Shown here one piece after another: positions 40,046-49,544 of a stretch of 64,000 nt of DNA. Position 1 is the first letter of the stretch; every line of letters begins with the position of its first letter. The notes under the pieces are model-generated. The model was not told the DNA's origin. It saw only the letters and a program-made list of their open reading frames with translations, and searched no databases. The DNA comes from an uncultured bacterium (lineage in GTDB: Bacteria; Desulfobacterota_D; UBA1144; Nemesobacterales; UBA2774). The DNA lies in contig CAVPJU010000001.1 in NCBI GenBank assembly GCA_963705505.1, positions 96,001-160,000 on the forward strand, written 5' to 3'. Both the position numbers and the translations under genes were made by a program.

Positions 40046-41353
40046 TTATACCGATACTTCGCCGCGAATGGAATTGAAAAGGCCTTCCGTGATTCTTACC
40101 TTGACTATTTTCCCTGACAGCTCGCTAGTCCCTCTGAAGTGTGTGATCCTGTTGTGGCTTGTCCTTCCCGTGAGGGTTCCCGGATCGTTCTTGCTCTGTC
40201 CCTCGACGAGCACTTCTTCCAGCTGTCCGACCCTCTCGCGGTTCTTCCTGAGAGTAATATCCCTCTGAAACGACTGGAGCAGGGACAACCTTCTGCCGGC
40301 GGTATCCTCGTCTACGACCTCGTCTCCGGGACGGTTCGCCGCCGGGGTGCCCGGCCGCGGGGAAAATTTAAAGGAGAACGCGCTGTCGAACCCGATCTCC
40401 TCGAGTAAAGACATCGTGTCCATAAAATCCCGGTCGCTTTCGCCCGGATACCCTACGATGATGTCAGTCGATATTGCAATGTCGGGCACTGCGTCCCTTA
40501 GTCTATTGACGGTCTCCGAATACCATTCCCTGGTATATGTCCTTTTCATCCTGCCGAGAATCAGGTTCGACCCGGACTGGACGGGGAGGTGTATGTGGCG
40601 GCATACTTTCGGCACGTCCCTCAGCGCTTCTATCATTTTGCCCGTGATGTCCCTCGGGTAGGAAGTCGTGAACCGTATCCTGTCGAGGTTTTCTACCTCT
40701 GCCGCCGCTCTCAGCAGGTCGCCGAATTTATACCCGTTCTCTTTCCATGAGTTGACGGTCTGCCCGATGAATGTGACTTCGCGGACACCCTTACTCACGA
40801 GACTCCTCGTTTCCTTTAATATTTCCTCAAGCGGTCTGTTTACCTCATCGCCCCTGACATAGGGGACTATGCAGTACGAGCACCTTTTATTGCACCCCTG
40901 CTGTACCGAAACGAATGCCGTAACCTTTCCTTCGCTGTGATAGGGCTCGATATCGAATAGCTCCTCTATGTCGTAGGAAGTCTCTACAGGTCTCTGCTTC
41001 TCCCTTTCTATCCTGGAAATGAGGTCGGGCAGCCTCGGGATCGCCCTCGGGCCCAATACGAAATCGAGGTGCGGGATTTTATTAAGGAGCTTGTCTCCGT
41101 AGAGCTGCGCCACGCAGCCGGAGATACCCAGGATAAGATCGGGGTTTCTCTTCTTTAAATGCTTATACTTTCCCAGACTGCTGAATGCCTTCTGATCGGC
41201 TTTTTCCCTTATGGCGCATGTGTTAATTATGATAATGTCCGCTTTTTCGGGTTTATCCGTCGCCTCGGCGTCGAGGGCGTTTCGGAGCCTGTCCGAATCA
41301 TATTCATTCATCTGACATCCGTAGGTTTCTATATATAAATACTTATTTTTCAT
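40046..41353 (-). CDS. miaB: tRNA-2-methylthio-N6-dimethylallyladenosine synthase MiaB
   Basis: TYGCQMNEYDS, NTCAIRE, CNKRCSYC, HLPVQSGS, TRAM domain. Confidence 0.96.
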   Translation of the reverse strand: MKNKYLYIETYGCQMNEYDSDRLRNALDAEATDKPEKADIIIINTCAIREKADQKAFSSLGKYKHLKKRNPDLILGISGCVAQLYGDKLLNKIPHLDFVLGPRAIPRLPDLISRIEREKQRPVETSYDIEELFDIEPYHSEGKVTAFVSVQQGCNKRCSYCIVPYVRGDEVNRPLEEILKETRSLVSKGVREVTFIGQTVNSWKENGYKFGDLLRAAAEVENLDRIRFTTSYPRDITGKMIEALRDVPKVCRHIHLPVQSGSNLILGRMKRTYTREWYSETVNRLRDAVPDIAISTDIIVGYPGESDRDFMDTMSLLEEIGFDSAFSFKFSPRPGTPAANRPGDEVVDEDTAGRRLSLLQSFQRDITLRKNRERVGQLEEVLVEGQSKNDPGTLTGRTSHNRITHFRGTSELSGKIVKVRITEGLFNSIRGEVSV

Positions 41354-41469
41354 GTACTTAACAATGTAACGCTCGCGCCAGTCTTAGTCAAGAAAGCTTT
41401 AGTGGTGCAAATATGCGTAAGATACAGTAAATTTTATATTTAGGGGGAGGTTTGAAATCCACTTTCGGA

Positions 41470-41498
41470 TTGACACAATGGTGGAAATTTAGTAGGAT
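41470..41498 (+). promoter_or_regulatory. Putative sigma70 promoter of MFS gene
   Basis: TTGACA-17 nt-TAGGAT. Confidence 0.55.
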
Positions 41499-41539
41499 GG
41501 AGGAAACTATAACCTGAACAGGTCATAGGGGGCGTCAAT

Positions 41540-42880
41540 ATGAGCGATAGCGATCCCCGGGTTTCGGCTGTAAAGCCCGGTCTATTCAGCTGGTATAAGG
41601 ATATTAACTCCGAGCAGTGGAAGGCTTTTATAGCGGCTTTATTAGGCTGGACACTCGATGCGATGGACTTACTGCTCTTCGCTTTTGCAGTCGGGTCTAT
41701 CGGAAAGATATTTCACCTCTCTGAAACATTGGTGGGCGCACTGTTCTCCGTCACTCTGTTCTCTTCAGCTTTCGGAGGGGCGGTATTCGGCATTATTTCC
41801 GACTACATAGGGAGAGTGAAGGCTCTTACATATACAATATTAATATATTCCGCATTTACGGGCATCAGCGCTTTTTCTCCGAACGTTGCTTTTCTTCTAG
41901 GCTGCCGTTTACTCCTCGGGCTCGGTATGGGTGGAGAATGGGCTTCCGGGGAAGTGCTTGTCGCAGAGAAATGGCCCAAGGAACACAGGGGGAAAGGCAT
42001 CGGAATGGTTCAGAGCGGGTGGGCCATCGGATACATATTGGCTGCAATACTCGCGACGATGATTATCCCTTACTTTAAAGAGGGTGTTACATACACAATA
42101 CCCCTCCTCGGTCTAAAGCTCGACGGTCTTGACCTGGGTTGGAGGCTCCTCTTCCTTGTCGGAGTTACGCCGGCATTCCTGGTTTTTTACATAATTAAGC
42201 ATATTGAAGAGCCGGATGTGTGGAAAAAAACGAATGACATGAGGAAAGAAGGAAAGCTGAGTGAGAAAGCGAAAGGCTTCACACTCGGCCAGATATTCGG
42301 TGCTGACCTACTGAGGTATACAATTACAGCTTCCATTCTGACGAGCTTTTGCATGATTGCTTACTGGGGACTCTATTTCTGGATTCCTCAGTTTCTCTCC
42401 AGTTCGAGGGGAGTGGGTCTCAATACAAAAGGGTTTATATGGATAATACCTATCAATATAGGTGCATTTATCGGTTGCAATACATTCGGCTTCATAAGCG
42501 ACAAGTTCGGGCGAAGACCCGTGTTTGTAGGGTATCTGCTGGTTATGGCTGTTCTCGTATGGTTCTTCGGTCACGCAAGGACTTTAACGGAAGTCCTTGT
42601 CCTCGGGCCGTTTGTAGGATTTTTCGGGACCGGGTTTTATTCCGGGTTCGGAGCTATATTTTCCGAGATATTCCCGACAAGTGCCAGAGGGACCGCACAG
42701 GGGTTCTGTTACAATGTCGGAAGGGGAGTGTCTGCTGTCGCCCCTCCGCTCATAGGTTACCTTGTGGATAAATATAGTTTTGCAATCGGACTTACTACGG
42801 TTTCGATTTTTGCTGTCGCCGCGGCGATCGTGGTTTTGACCCTCCCCGAGACCAAGGGTAAAGCTTTGGATATCGAATGA
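41540..42880 (+). CDS. MFS transporter (carboxylate/aromatic acid/sialate-type)
   Basis: WTLDAMD, SDYIGR, GLGMGGEW, SDKFGRR, LPETKG; ~12 TM. Confidence 0.9.
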   Translation: MSDSDPRVSAVKPGLFSWYKDINSEQWKAFIAALLGWTLDAMDLLLFAFAVGSIGKIFHLSETLVGALFSVTLFSSAFGGAVFGIISDYIGRVKALTYTILIYSAFTGISAFSPNVAFLLGCRLLLGLGMGGEWASGEVLVAEKWPKEHRGKGIGMVQSGWAIGYILAAILATMIIPYFKEGVTYTIPLLGLKLDGLDLGWRLLFLVGVTPAFLVFYIIKHIEEPDVWKKTNDMRKEGKLSEKAKGFTLGQIFGADLLRYTITASILTSFCMIAYWGLYFWIPQFLSSSRGVGLNTKGFIWIIPINIGAFIGCNTFGFISDKFGRRPVFVGYLLVMAVLVWFFGHARTLTEVLVLGPFVGFFGTGFYSGFGAIFSEIFPTSARGTAQGFCYNVGRGVSAVAPPLIGYLVDKYSFAIGLTTVSIFAVAAAIVVLTLPETKGKALDIE

Positions 42881-43220
42881 GATCATAGATTCACGGCGCC
42901 TCCCCCTCGTGGATTCTTAAAGTGGCATTGTAAAACGCAAGAGTCTTCCTCCATCTCGTTTGTTTTTCGCAATGAGACGCATCTTCTATACATGCCGACG
43001 ATTAAATTTTCGGATGCCAGATTCGCATTATTATCGTGGACGGGTTGGGTTATTTCGTCGAATATAATATATGCCTTAAAATCAAACTTAAGTGCTTAAT
43101 AACTAAGCATTTAGACCGATTTGTCACCCTCTCGCCGACGGCTTGGCAGTTCCTAAATAATTCAAAGATAATGGGCGGAAACGGATAAAATTCCATTCGA
43201 ACATGCATGAAATTTCCGCA

Positions 43221-43236
43221 TGGCATATCTCTTGCA
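43221..43236 (+). promoter_or_regulatory. Sigma54 (-24/-12) promoter upstream of porin gene
   Basis: TGGCATATCTCTTGCA, GG-N10-GC. Confidence 0.7.
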
Positions 43237-43287
43237 CCCACGATAATCAAAGATCGATTTAACAATCGCCATAGGGAGGACTTTTAG

Positions 43288-43419
43288 GTGGGAGAGTATA
43301 TGTCGGTCTCGAAAGAAACCACACCCGTTCCGGTTATAAAACTCGTTGCTGTAGTTGTAGTACGGGCCTTCCGTTTTTCAACCGGTATGAGGTTTCAGCT
43401 CGGCAATTATTTTACTTGA
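43288..43419 (+). CDS. Putative 43-aa small protein/leader peptide (below ORF-track cutoff)
   Basis: AGGGAGGA RBS 7 nt before GTG; MGEYMSVSKETTPVPVIKLVAVVVVRAFRFSTGMRFQLGNYFT. Confidence 0.35.
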   Translation: MGEYMSVSKETTPVPVIKLVAVVVVRAFRFSTGMRFQLGNYFT

Positions 43420-43522
43420 GTTGTTCGAAATGATGAAAGGAGAGGAATGCTGCCTCGGGTGAGGTGGCGGCAAAAATAAAAATCACAGCTTATAAACTAA
43501 TTTAAAGGAGGATCAGTCAGAA

Positions 43523-44860
43523 ATGAAAAGGTTAACGATGTTCTTGATGATGTTAACACTTTTATTGCCGGTTGCTGCAACCTCTTCATTCGCCCAGGGC
43601 ACGGAGCAGGAGATCCAGCAGCTCAAGCAGATGATAGAGCAGAACAGCAAGCAGAACGATGAGCTCATGAGGAGGATTGAGCAGCTCGAATCTGAGAAAG
43701 CCGCTACTCAGACGAAGATGGACAAATTTATAACGGAGCAGGAAGACAAGAATCTCAAAACCGACGGGCTCATGACTTTTTTTGATGCCATCGACCTCGG
43801 GTTTTATGTAGATACGACTTACCAGTACGTCTTTAACCGCGGCGTTACCAATAGCTTGCAGTTAAGGGCGCTTTATCCGGATAACCAGCAGTTTGCCATA
43901 AACGCCTTTACTATCTCGGTCTCGAAGACCCCAACGATGGAAGGCGGATTGGCGAATTTGCTCGGTTTCAGGGCGGATATACTTTTGGGAGAGCAGGCGG
44001 ATGAACTGGGCGGCGAAGGGTTTAGCAGCGACGTGATCGATCCTTATCAGGCATACCTGCAGGTACTCGCACCGGTCGGGAACGGTATCAATATATTTGC
44101 AGGCCGTTTCGTAACTCTCGCCGGATACGAGGTCATTGAAGCGTGGAAAGACCCGAACATCACACGTTCAATCTTATTCGGGTTTGCAGTTCCGTTTACC
44201 CATACGGGTGTAAGGACTAATTACACAGCGGGACCTATAACCTTCACGGCCGGTCTTAACAACGGATGGGACCAGGTCCAGGATATAAACGGCGATCCGA
44301 CTATAGAAAGCCAGTTAGCTTACAGCTATTCGGGCAGCACGGTATCGAGCGCATGGCTGGGCGTGACCGGATACTTCGGGAAGGAGCCGAGCGGCCTGGG
44401 GTTCGGGGGTAACGGATGGCGCGAGCTGATAACTGCGGTTGGTACGATAACGTTCCTGGAGAAGCTTTCATTTATAGTCGACGCGGACTTCGGATGGCAG
44501 CAGGACGTCGTATTCGACGAGCTGGGCAGCCAGGATAGCGTATCCTGGTGGGGCATAGCGGGTTACATAGTTGCTGACCCTCACCCCGCGGTCAGGCTTG
44601 CCCTCAGAGCCGAGTATTTTGATGACCCGGACGGATACAGAACCGGTCTGGATCAGAAGCTGTTCGAGGTAACGCCGACCTTGATATTAAAGCCTTTCAA
44701 GGGACTCATAGCGGGTAATAAGTACCTCGACAATTTTGAAGCCAGAGCGGAATTCAGATGGGACCACTCGGACGATAACTTCTTCGTGACCGAAAACGAC
44801 GGGCTTAAAAAGGACCAGTACGGCATAATGGGGCAGCTGCTTTACTGGATAAATTTGTAA
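43523..44860 (+). CDS. Outer-membrane beta-barrel porin (DUF1597/BBP2-like) with N-terminal coiled coil
   Basis: Signal peptide, coiled coil, GRFVTLAGYEVIE, PFTHTG, NNGWD, RAEYFDDPDG, EFRWDHS. Confidence 0.8.
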   Translation: MKRLTMFLMMLTLLLPVAATSSFAQGTEQEIQQLKQMIEQNSKQNDELMRRIEQLESEKAATQTKMDKFITEQEDKNLKTDGLMTFFDAIDLGFYVDTTYQYVFNRGVTNSLQLRALYPDNQQFAINAFTISVSKTPTMEGGLANLLGFRADILLGEQADELGGEGFSSDVIDPYQAYLQVLAPVGNGINIFAGRFVTLAGYEVIEAWKDPNITRSILFGFAVPFTHTGVRTNYTAGPITFTAGLNNGWDQVQDINGDPTIESQLAYSYSGSTVSSAWLGVTGYFGKEPSGLGFGGNGWRELITAVGTITFLEKLSFIVDADFGWQQDVVFDELGSQDSVSWWGIAGYIVADPHPAVRLALRAEYFDDPDGYRTGLDQKLFEVTPTLILKPFKGLIAGNKYLDNFEARAEFRWDHSDDNFFVTENDGLKKDQYGIMGQLLYWINL

Positions 44861-44931
44861 ATGATTTGAATATAAGTTAGAGACTCTGAATAAGAGTACT
44901 CATCTCTCCATATCTCCTTTGTGTGGGCGGG

Positions 44932-44969
44932 GGGAGAACAGCTCAAGGCTTTTGGCTGTTCTCCCTTTT
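44932..44969 (+). terminator. Rho-independent terminator after porin
   Basis: GGGAGAACAGC...GCTGTTCTCCC followed by TTTT. Confidence 0.75.
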
Positions 44970-45111
44970 GTCTATTTGTGGTTTTTTGAGCCTCCATTAT
45001 CAATAATTTTCTCTCTTGCCTGTAAATTTTTAGTTGGGTAGAATTTAATCCGCTTTTTGGACGGAGTCTTTGATCCGTAATCCTGGTTTCTATTCTGACT
45101 TGCACTAATAT

Positions 45112-45184
<73 letters not shown>

Positions 45185-45583
45185 TTCTTTACTGTTAGTT
45201 GCAATCCATCGCGCACCTCAGCATTTTCGTAGACGCTTTGCCTTAAAGAATAATCAATTAGTGGATTGTAATTTGATGAGGCGCTGGACTGAAAGGAATA
45301 TGACGGACTATCGCCTTGGCAAAGATTTCTTATTCAAACTCACGGAAGGAGACTCGCATTTAGGATCTCTTGTATTCGACCGGGAATCTCCCGAAGTGCC
45401 GAAAGCGCCGCTTTGGCGGTGCCTGTTTCCAATTCTTACTTAGAAGTGGTCGATCAGAGCATTTTTGATAGACAATTGTTATTGCTCTATTTATAATCTT
45501 TGTATCGAAGGAAGACTTCAGTCTAGTCATTGATAAGCTAAAACCGGGGCTGCGTAATAAAATTCTAATAAAGGAGATACAAA

Positions 45584-46036
45584 ATGAAACCATTCATTGC
45601 ATTATTTTTGACTGTTTTTATGTACTTGGTTTATACAGGTCCTGTCTTCGCCCAGAATGTGCCGTCGGGCACCATATCGATAAGCGAGAAAGAATTCGGA
45701 TTTATAATCGGCGGCAGCGAAGGTAGGGGAACGCTCAATTATCAGGGTGCCGAGTACTTTTTCAAGACCAGCGGCATAAAGGTTGGCGGCATGGGCGTGG
45801 CGAAGATAGCGGCGGCAGGTGAGGTTTATAACCTATTTAACCTTTCGCAGTTTCCCGGTACTTATGTGGCTGGAAATTACGGCATAGCGCTTGGGGGAGG
45901 TGCAGGCGGTGTGGTGCTCAAGAATGAAAATGGGGTCCTGCTAAAGCTGCATTCCACCATGGAGGGCATCGACCTCAATGTAGGCGTATCCGGCATCACG
46001 ATCAAACTTGAATCCGCAGCACCGGATCCACAATAA
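45584..46036 (+). CDS. Secreted DUF1134-like protein, copy 1
   Basis: Signal peptide, GFIIGGSEGRGTL, GEVYNL, LKNENGV; 134/150 aa identical to copy 2. Confidence 0.7.
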   Translation: MKPFIALFLTVFMYLVYTGPVFAQNVPSGTISISEKEFGFIIGGSEGRGTLNYQGAEYFFKTSGIKVGGMGVAKIAAAGEVYNLFNLSQFPGTYVAGNYGIALGGGAGGVVLKNENGVLLKLHSTMEGIDLNVGVSGITIKLESAAPDPQ

Positions 46037-46122
46037 AAAATGAATATGAACATCGGGAATAAAATTTTACTACAATGAGGTGACATATTTAGTAGAGGCT
46101 TTAGATAATAGGGAGATGGCGC

Positions 46123-46434
46123 ATGAAGATTGCAATAACAGTGACCGTCGGATTTCTGATGCTCATTATTTTTGTCAGTGACGTGAAGGCTGAGGACTCG
46201 AAGCTTGATCAACCTTATCCGGTTGAACTGCAGGTCGGGGAAATATTTAAAGTCTGTAATTCCGGCATGGTCGTCTGCCCGGTTCTCATGCCCATCTGCG
46301 ATGATACAAATATCATCATGTTGGTTAATACGCCAGACGGGCTTGGATTCAAGGGCGTCGCCCCAGGAACTACTCTTTGCTCGGTGGGTACTACAGTGGG
46401 ACCTCGCCGTCACTTTCGCATAACGGTTCATTGA
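46123..46434 (+). CDS. Small secreted protein with four cysteines
   Basis: Signal peptide (VKA/ED), GGGAG RBS, beta-rich mature part. Confidence 0.6.
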   Translation: MKIAITVTVGFLMLIIFVSDVKAEDSKLDQPYPVELQVGEIFKVCNSGMVVCPVLMPICDDTNIIMLVNTPDGLGFKGVAPGTTLCSVGTTVGPRRHFRITVH

Positions 46435-46657
46435 ACAGACGCGGAGCATTTCTCGCGGCATGTTGTCATCTTTCATTTATTCTCATAGTTGCTTATCAGT
46501 AGATATTTATCGTTATCTTGAAATATTTAGGATAGACTGTAGTCATAGACCGTTATAGAGTGGATGCAGGGGGCCATTTTTATGCTTTAGATGTTAAAAC
46601 TCAAGTATTAAAGAACCATCTTAAGATTTTCAAATAATCCCTAGGGGGTAAGGCAAG

Positions 46658-48271
46658 ATGTCGGCAAAGAAAAGTACCTTCATTACTGCATTATGTGTTT
46701 TATTGGCTGCACTGGCCTGGGCTGTCAGTCCGGCGGCGGCTCAGGAAAAGAAGCCGAACATCATCGTCATAATGGGCGATGACATCGGCTGGTTCAACAT
46801 AGGCGCATACCATCAGGGCATCATGTCGGGAAGGACGCCCAACCTCGATAAGATTGCTGCTGAGGGCATCCGCTTCACAGATTACTACGCGGAGGCAAGC
46901 TGCACGGCGGGCCGCGCGAATTTCATCACGGGTGAGCTGCCGATCCGTACGGGCCTGACTACCGTCGGGCAGGCAGGCTCTCCTATCGGTATACCGGCGC
47001 AGGCGGTCACGATCGCCACGGCGCTCAAGTCGATGGGTTACGCCACAGGCCAGTTCGGTAAGAACCACCTGGGAGACCTGAATGAGTTCCTTCCTACGGT
47101 GCACGGCTTTGACGAGTTCTTCGGCTACCTCTATCATCTGGACGCGATGGAGGACCCCTGCCACAGGAACTATCCGCAGCAGCTCAGGGACAAGGTGGGC
47201 CCTCGGAACATGGTCCATAGCTGGGCTACCGGCACGGACGACACGACCGTGCAGCCGCGATGGGGGAAAATAGGCAAGCAGAAGATAGAGGACGCGGGTG
47301 AGCTATGTCCCGAACGCATGAAAACCGTGGACAACGAAATACTCGACAATACCATAAAGTTCATGGATAAAGCCCGTAAAGACGGCAAGCCTTTCTTTGT
47401 GTGGCTCAATCCGACCCGTATGCACGTCATGACACACCTTTCCGATAAATACGAAGCGATGCGCACGCCCGAGAACGGCTGGTCGGAGGAGGAAGCCGGG
47501 ATGGCTCAGCTCGACGACATCGTGGGCTCGGTCCTGAAGTACGTCGGGGACAACGGCCTCGATGACAACACGATAATCGTCTTCACAACGGACAACGGCA
47601 CTGAGAACTTCACATGGCCTGACGGAGGTCAGACCCCGTTTGCAGGCGGCAAGGGGACAGCCTTGGAAGGCGGCTTCCGTGTGCCGGCGTTAATCCGCTG
47701 GCCGGGCAAGGTCCCTGCAGGCAAGGTCGAGAACAGCATAATGTCCGGGCTCGACTGGTTCCCGACACTTGTCGCGGCGGCCGGCGACCCGAACATCGCG
47801 GACGAGCTGCTCAAGGGCAAACAACTGGGGGGTCGCAATTACAAGGTACATCTGGACGGTTACAACCAGATGGACCTCATTACGGGCAAGGGGCCATCCA
47901 AACGTAAAGAGATCTTCTATTTCACCGAGAGCACGTTGAGCGCGGTGCGTATCAACGACTTCAAGTATCGCTTCACAGATCAGCCCCAGGGCTGGCTCGG
48001 CGCCACAGTAAAAGTCGATTGGCCGATCCTGACCAATCTTCGTCTGGACCCCTTCGAGAGGACAGGAATGCCAAGCGGCGCGAGCGGGTCGTTAGCTTTC
48101 TACAACTGGTTTGCTTACGAGTTCTGGCGTTTCGTATTCGTGCAGCAGGAGGTGGCCCAGCTCGCGCAAACGGCTATAGATTTTCCGCCTATGCAAAAGG
48201 GAGCGAGCTTCAATCTCGAGGCTGTGAAGGCTCAGATCGATAAGGCCTCGGAATCCAATATGGGCAAATAA
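46658..48271 (+). CDS. Exported arylsulfatase (formylglycine-dependent, Cys-type)
   Basis: KPNIIVIMGDD, SCTAGRANFITG (CxAxR), GKNHLGD, TTDNG, EGGFRVP. Confidence 0.92.
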   Translation: MSAKKSTFITALCVLLAALAWAVSPAAAQEKKPNIIVIMGDDIGWFNIGAYHQGIMSGRTPNLDKIAAEGIRFTDYYAEASCTAGRANFITGELPIRTGLTTVGQAGSPIGIPAQAVTIATALKSMGYATGQFGKNHLGDLNEFLPTVHGFDEFFGYLYHLDAMEDPCHRNYPQQLRDKVGPRNMVHSWATGTDDTTVQPRWGKIGKQKIEDAGELCPERMKTVDNEILDNTIKFMDKARKDGKPFFVWLNPTRMHVMTHLSDKYEAMRTPENGWSEEEAGMAQLDDIVGSVLKYVGDNGLDDNTIIVFTTDNGTENFTWPDGGQTPFAGGKGTALEGGFRVPALIRWPGKVPAGKVENSIMSGLDWFPTLVAAAGDPNIADELLKGKQLGGRNYKVHLDGYNQMDLITGKGPSKRKEIFYFTESTLSAVRINDFKYRFTDQPQGWLGATVKVDWPILTNLRLDPFERTGMPSGASGSLAFYNWFAYEFWRFVFVQQEVAQLAQTAIDFPPMQKGASFNLEAVKAQIDKASESNMGK

Positions 48272-48420
48272 GCTTTCTTAAAAGGCGGGCGACTATACAG
48301 ACGACCGCCATGGCTTCCGGCTATACATGGAGAAGGCTCAATTGTATAGTGTGTACGTTCCAAGAGGCAGAAGCGGTCGGTTACAATTAGCCAGCCCTAT
48401 AATCGTTGGGGGCGATTGCC

Positions 48421-49488
48421 ATGAAGAAAATAATAGATAGTAAACGAATAATACGGATAACAGTGCTCATCGAGCGTACCCGGCTCGGACATATGCTGGC
48501 GATCATTCTGGCTATTCTTATGCTATCCGGCGCTTGGGCAAAGGCACAGACTGATCCGCTGCCTTCGTGGAACGACGGGCCGGCGAAGGAGAGCATCGTC
48601 AGGTTCGTCGCCGAGGTCACTAAGGAGGCTGGGCCGAATTACGTCCCGCCTGAGGAACGGATCGCCACTTTCGACCAGGACGGCACCACGTGGGTATCCC
48701 ATCCTCTTTACACGCAGGGTGTGTTCGCACTCGACCGGATTCGCGAGCTCGCTCCGAAGCACCCGGAGTGGAAGAGCGAGGAACCCTTCAAATCGGTCAT
48801 TGCGGGAGACAAAGAGGCGATGGCGAAGTTCGGGGAGTCCGATTGGGAGATTATCATTGCGGCGACACACACCGGGATGAGCACTCAGGATTTCCTCGGG
48901 ATAGTAAAGAAGTGGCTGGCCACCGCGAAGGATCCACGATGGCACCGGCCATACACGGAGCTTGTCTATCGGCCTATGATCGAGGTCATGGATTACTTGC
49001 GGGCAAACGGTTTCAGGACGTACATCGTCACCGGGGGCGGACAGGAGTTCGTAAGGGTCTATAGTCAGCGCGTCTACGGAATACCGCCCGAGCAGGTGGT
49101 TGGGTCGAGCGTCCTGACGAAATACGAATACAGGGACGGCAAGCCCATTCTCTTACGCGAGCCCAAGGTGTTTTTCATCGACGATCACGCGGGAAAGGCG
49201 ATAGGCATTAACCTCTTCATCGGCAAGCGTCCGTACGCCGCGTTCGGCAACTCGACCGGAGACAGGGAGATGCTCGAATGGACGCAGGCGGGCGGCGGAG
49301 CGCGTCTGATGATGCTCGTCTATCACGACGACGCTGTGCGCGAGTACGCATACGGGCCTGCGGGAGGTCTGCCGGACACGCATGTCGGCACGTTCTCTCA
49401 GGCTCTCATGGACGAGGCTAAGAAAAACGGGTGGGTAATCATCAGCATGAAAAATGACTGGAAACGCATCTTTAAATTCGAGGAATAG
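48421..49488 (+). CDS. Exported HAD-family hydrolase (non-specific acid phosphatase-like)
   Basis: DPLPSWNDG, ATFDQDGT, IVTGGG, AFGNSTGDREML, ISMKNDW. Confidence 0.85.
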   Translation: MKKIIDSKRIIRITVLIERTRLGHMLAIILAILMLSGAWAKAQTDPLPSWNDGPAKESIVRFVAEVTKEAGPNYVPPEERIATFDQDGTTWVSHPLYTQGVFALDRIRELAPKHPEWKSEEPFKSVIAGDKEAMAKFGESDWEIIIAATHTGMSTQDFLGIVKKWLATAKDPRWHRPYTELVYRPMIEVMDYLRANGFRTYIVTGGGQEFVRVYSQRVYGIPPEQVVGSSVLTKYEYRDGKPILLREPKVFFIDDHAGKAIGINLFIGKRPYAAFGNSTGDREMLEWTQAGGGARLMMLVYHDDAVREYAYGPAGGLPDTHVGTFSQALMDEAKKNGWVIISMKNDWKRIFKFEE

Positions 49489-49544
49489 CGCGCCCGTGCC
49501 GAATTTTCGGGAGATGTTCCATGTATTAAGCTTATGATAGAGAA

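Noticed and set aside
45200..45580. Integrase gene or remnant next to tRNA-Phe (ORFs 45261-45443 and 45360-45593)
   Set aside because: No tyrosine or serine recombinase motifs are recognisable; the ORFs are short and unsupported.
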